Source of the DNA: Candidatus Scalinduaceae bacterium
GTDB taxonomy: Bacteria; Planctomycetota; Brocadiia; Brocadiales; Scalinduaceae
Assembly (NCBI GenBank): GCA_046759445.1
Contig: JBHICG010000006.1
Span: 1-64,000 of the forward strand
Length of the DNA: 64,000 nt
Direction: 5' to 3'
Every line of letters starts with the position of its first letter. Position 1 is the first letter of the stretch. Below the pieces are notes generated by a model. The model was given only the letters and a program-made list of their open reading frames with translations, did no database searches and had not been told where the DNA came from. Positions 61,559-64,000 of this stretch are shown in pieces. The translations under genes were made by a program, and so were the position numbers.

Positions 61559-62048
61559 CGTTAATACCTCCTTTTATTAATGACACCAAGAAATGTAAAT
61601 ATTTTGTATTACTTTATTATGGATAGATACAATCTTGAAGGGATCCTCTAGGTAAGAAAGATTTGTCTTCTAAAAAAGCATGATATATATTTATATACAA
61701 TGCTATTCCAACTGAGTTAATGCTGACAGCAATAGCTAATATAGATACCGTAGTGTTCATGTACACTTAACTCTGATCATGATGAGAAGCATAGATTATA
61801 CTACCTAAGTGCGATATTTTTTACAGCTATCACTTAAATTTAGGTTTCTATTTGATTTGATGATTACGCTAACTTTATTATAATTTCTTTAACTAAGCCC
61901 TTCGATTCATAAGTTCGTTGGCAAACTTATTTAGGTTTCGGCTGAGGGCTTAGATATAGGGCTTAATGTATGCCAGGAGAGCAACATAGTCAAGTCCAAA
62001 TTATTAGAATAAGTACGCTGATTTAAATACTCTGGCGAAAAGCTGAAA

Positions 62049-62299
62049 ATGTCAAAAATATACGCAAAAGTGAAGCATTCACGACGTAATACCATAATGA
62101 TATTGATTGTTCTTGTAACTATATGTATGACCAGTCGAATAGTATTTATGGGCAGATATCTTGAAGCGTGGGATAGTATAGATTTTGCCTTAGGTCTACG
62201 TGACTATGATATCGTGTACTGTCAGCCTCATTTTCCGGGATATCCTGTGTATATGTCATTATGTCGGTGGTTATTGACTGAAACTGAAGCTGAAACTAG
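62049..62299 (+). pseudogene. 5' fragment of a membrane protein (GT-C/DUF2723-like)
   Basis: TM helix then WDSIDFALG...PHFPGYPVY; degenerates into CTGAA repeats and runs antisense into pcm. Confidence 0.5.
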
Positions 62300-63088
62300 T
62301 TACTTTGTAACTTCCTTTTCCTCTACAAGAGGGACGAATCGTACTGGGATTGTCTTTATGATATTAATTTTTTCTTCTGCATCTTTTTCCACTATTAACA
62401 AATCCTGACCGAAAAAGGAGCTATTGACTGGAATAACCATCCTTCCACCTGGTTTTAATTGTTTTACCAGAGGGTCAGGAATTTTCTCCGCAGCAGCAGT
62501 CACTATTATGGCATCGAATGGTGCCTTATCTGGCCAGCCAAGGGAACCATCTGCTATCTTGACATTAACATTATTATATCCGAGGCTTTTCAGTCTTTCA
62601 TCTGCCTGAAGCCCTAACTCTTTAATTATTTCTATGGTGTACACTTCTTTAATGATTTTAGAAAGGATTGCTGCCTGGTAACCTGAGCCTGTTCCAATTT
62701 CAAGGACGACATCGTTTTTGTCTACATTTAACATTTCCGTCATCAGTGCAACGATGTATGGCTGGGATATAGTTTGTCCTAATCCGATTGGTAATGGCTG
62801 ATCGTAGTAACTATATTTTATGTAATTTTCAGGGACAAACAAATGTCGTGGAACAGTTTCCATCGCCTCCAGAATATTTTTATCTTTTACTCCTCGAGCA
62901 CGTATCTGGAATTCTACCATCTTCTTCCTTTCCTCAAGGTATTCTGCCTCCGTAAGCGAGATGTTTTTCCTTGCATACACTATTGAATCGCTTCCAGTGA
63001 AATGCAAAAAAGGAAGGTAGTTATAAAGGGCACAATATAAAGCAATTATTATGGTTATAAGGATTACTACTTTCATTATTATCTCCAT
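62300..63088 (-). CDS. pcm: Protein-L-isoaspartate O-methyltransferase with N-terminal TM/signal segment
   Basis: GQTISQPY, VLEIGTGSGYQAA, FDAIIVTAA, VRFVPL. Confidence 0.95.
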   Translation of the reverse strand: MEIIMKVVILITIIIALYCALYNYLPFLHFTGSDSIVYARKNISLTEAEYLEERKKMVEFQIRARGVKDKNILEAMETVPRHLFVPENYIKYSYYDQPLPIGLGQTISQPYIVALMTEMLNVDKNDVVLEIGTGSGYQAAILSKIIKEVYTIEIIKELGLQADERLKSLGYNNVNVKIADGSLGWPDKAPFDAIIVTAAAEKIPDPLVKQLKPGGRMVIPVNSSFFGQDLLIVEKDAEEKINIIKTIPVRFVPLVEEKEVTK

Positions 63089-63272
63089 ATTTAAGAAATT
63101 GCGTTACATATATATGATAAGTTTTACGATTGAGTATATCAATATAAAATATATAACTTGCAAGTAAGCCGTGAGTCCTAAAATACGCAAGTTTTACTTG
63201 CAGTAGACTAATTTGGCAATTATACTTACGCAGTCAATTGTTATAATTCACTTCCTTTACTAATAAGTAAAA

Positions 63273-63878
63273 ATGAGAAAAGATAGAAGAATAAAAAATT
63301 TAAAAAATGAAAGCTTTGTTATTGACACAAGTATTTTTACCAATACTGATGTAAGTATTGCATTTGGTAAGAATCCCACTACTGCCTTAAAAGGGTTTTT
63401 AAGACTGATAAGCAAAATAGAGGGTCCTTATTTTTATATGCCACCCTCTATATATAAAGAACTCATGAATTTCGTAGATTCCAATAAAATTCCAAAAGAT
63501 CTACAGGTCAGAATATTTCAAAAGCCACCAAAAAAATATGAGATGAATGTTCCAGCCTTTTTACTTTACGAGTTAATAGAGGACGTTCGCCATCGTATTG
63601 ATAAGGGACTAAGAGTGGCAGAGCAAGCCGTAAGGGAAGTGGTAACAGATACTGAGCCAGAAACGATAACAAACCTTAGAAAAAAATATCGTTCAGCATT
63701 AAGGGAAGGAATTATTGATAGCAAAGAAGATGTTGACCTAATACTATTGGCAAAAGAGTTGGATGGTATTTTAGTTACCGCTGATAAGGGGATAATGACA
63801 TGGGCAGATAAATTGGGGATTAGATTCATAGAATCGCGTAATCTCCGTGGAATTATAGATAAACTAATCAAAATGTGA
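63273..63878 (+). CDS. HARP protein-only RNase P (Aq880 / RNA ligase partner family)
   Basis: [45 protein letters not shown]. Confidence 0.9.
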   Translation: MRKDRRIKNLKNESFVIDTSIFTNTDVSIAFGKNPTTALKGFLRLISKIEGPYFYMPPSIYKELMNFVDSNKIPKDLQVRIFQKPPKKYEMNVPAFLLYELIEDVRHRIDKGLRVAEQAVREVVTDTEPETITNLRKKYRSALREGIIDSKEDVDLILLAKELDGILVTADKGIMTWADKLGIRFIESRNLRGIIDKLIKM

Positions 63879-64000
63879 AAATCCTTCCCAATGCTTTTGA
63901 ATTATTTCGCAAGAAGAGAAACATCTCTTTACAAATTCTGCATGCCAGTATCTTCCAATCTTTTTCTGGTTAATTAATACCGCATCTACTTTACATTTAC
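63864..64000 (-). CDS. 3' end of a gene entering from the right edge, possibly an Rnl3/Pab1020-family RNA ligase
   Basis: Open frame [44 protein letters not shown]; the call rests mainly on the HARP neighbourhood. Confidence 0.4.
   Translation of the reverse strand, partial: KCKVDAVLINQKKIGRYWHAEFVKRCFSSCEIIQKHWEGFSHFD

Noticed and set aside
142..63871. Many short antisense or overlapping ORFs in the ORF track
   Set aside because: Shadows of well-supported genes on the other strand or frame
1..64000. tRNA, rRNA, known riboswitches, dif site
   Set aside because: None recognised by eye; tRNAscan/Infernal would be needed to exclude them formally

Overview
AT-rich bacterial chromosomal window, most likely from an anammox planctomycete (Ca. 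Brocadiales/Scalindua-like). This is inferred from the ccsA-hemA pair, several stand-alone PilZ proteins and a Planctomycete-style dnaA/mnmE layout, and is not verified. In order it holds: the end of a surface-polysaccharide locus with acyl/aminoacyl-transfer enzymes (GNAT, FemAB-like, frameshifted ATP-grasp ligase, Asp racemase, two CapK-like ligases, flippase); housekeeping genes (hisF, thiSG, fused NfnAB, UDG, glyS, xerD, PMM, dnaA with a probable oriC, nth, radC, fabI, gcvT-H-PA, hemA, ccsA, aroA, hemC, pcm); a metal-uptake operon headed by a CxxC/RSPP DUF2946-like putative arrest peptide; two small accessory islands (toxin-antitoxin modules, a truncated PLD-SNF2 helicase, a transposase remnant, an integron-cassette-like nuclease gene); several MITE/REP-like elements; and a protein-only RNase P (HARP) convergent with a probable RNA ligase. 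The best leads are the putative metal-responsive arrest peptide, a recurring junction signature (short motif plus tandem duplication) at gene-truncation sites, and an 80-bp gene 3'-end duplication whose differences are all synonymous. No rRNA, tRNA or CRISPR array was seen. All family calls come from motif recognition by eye, not database searches.
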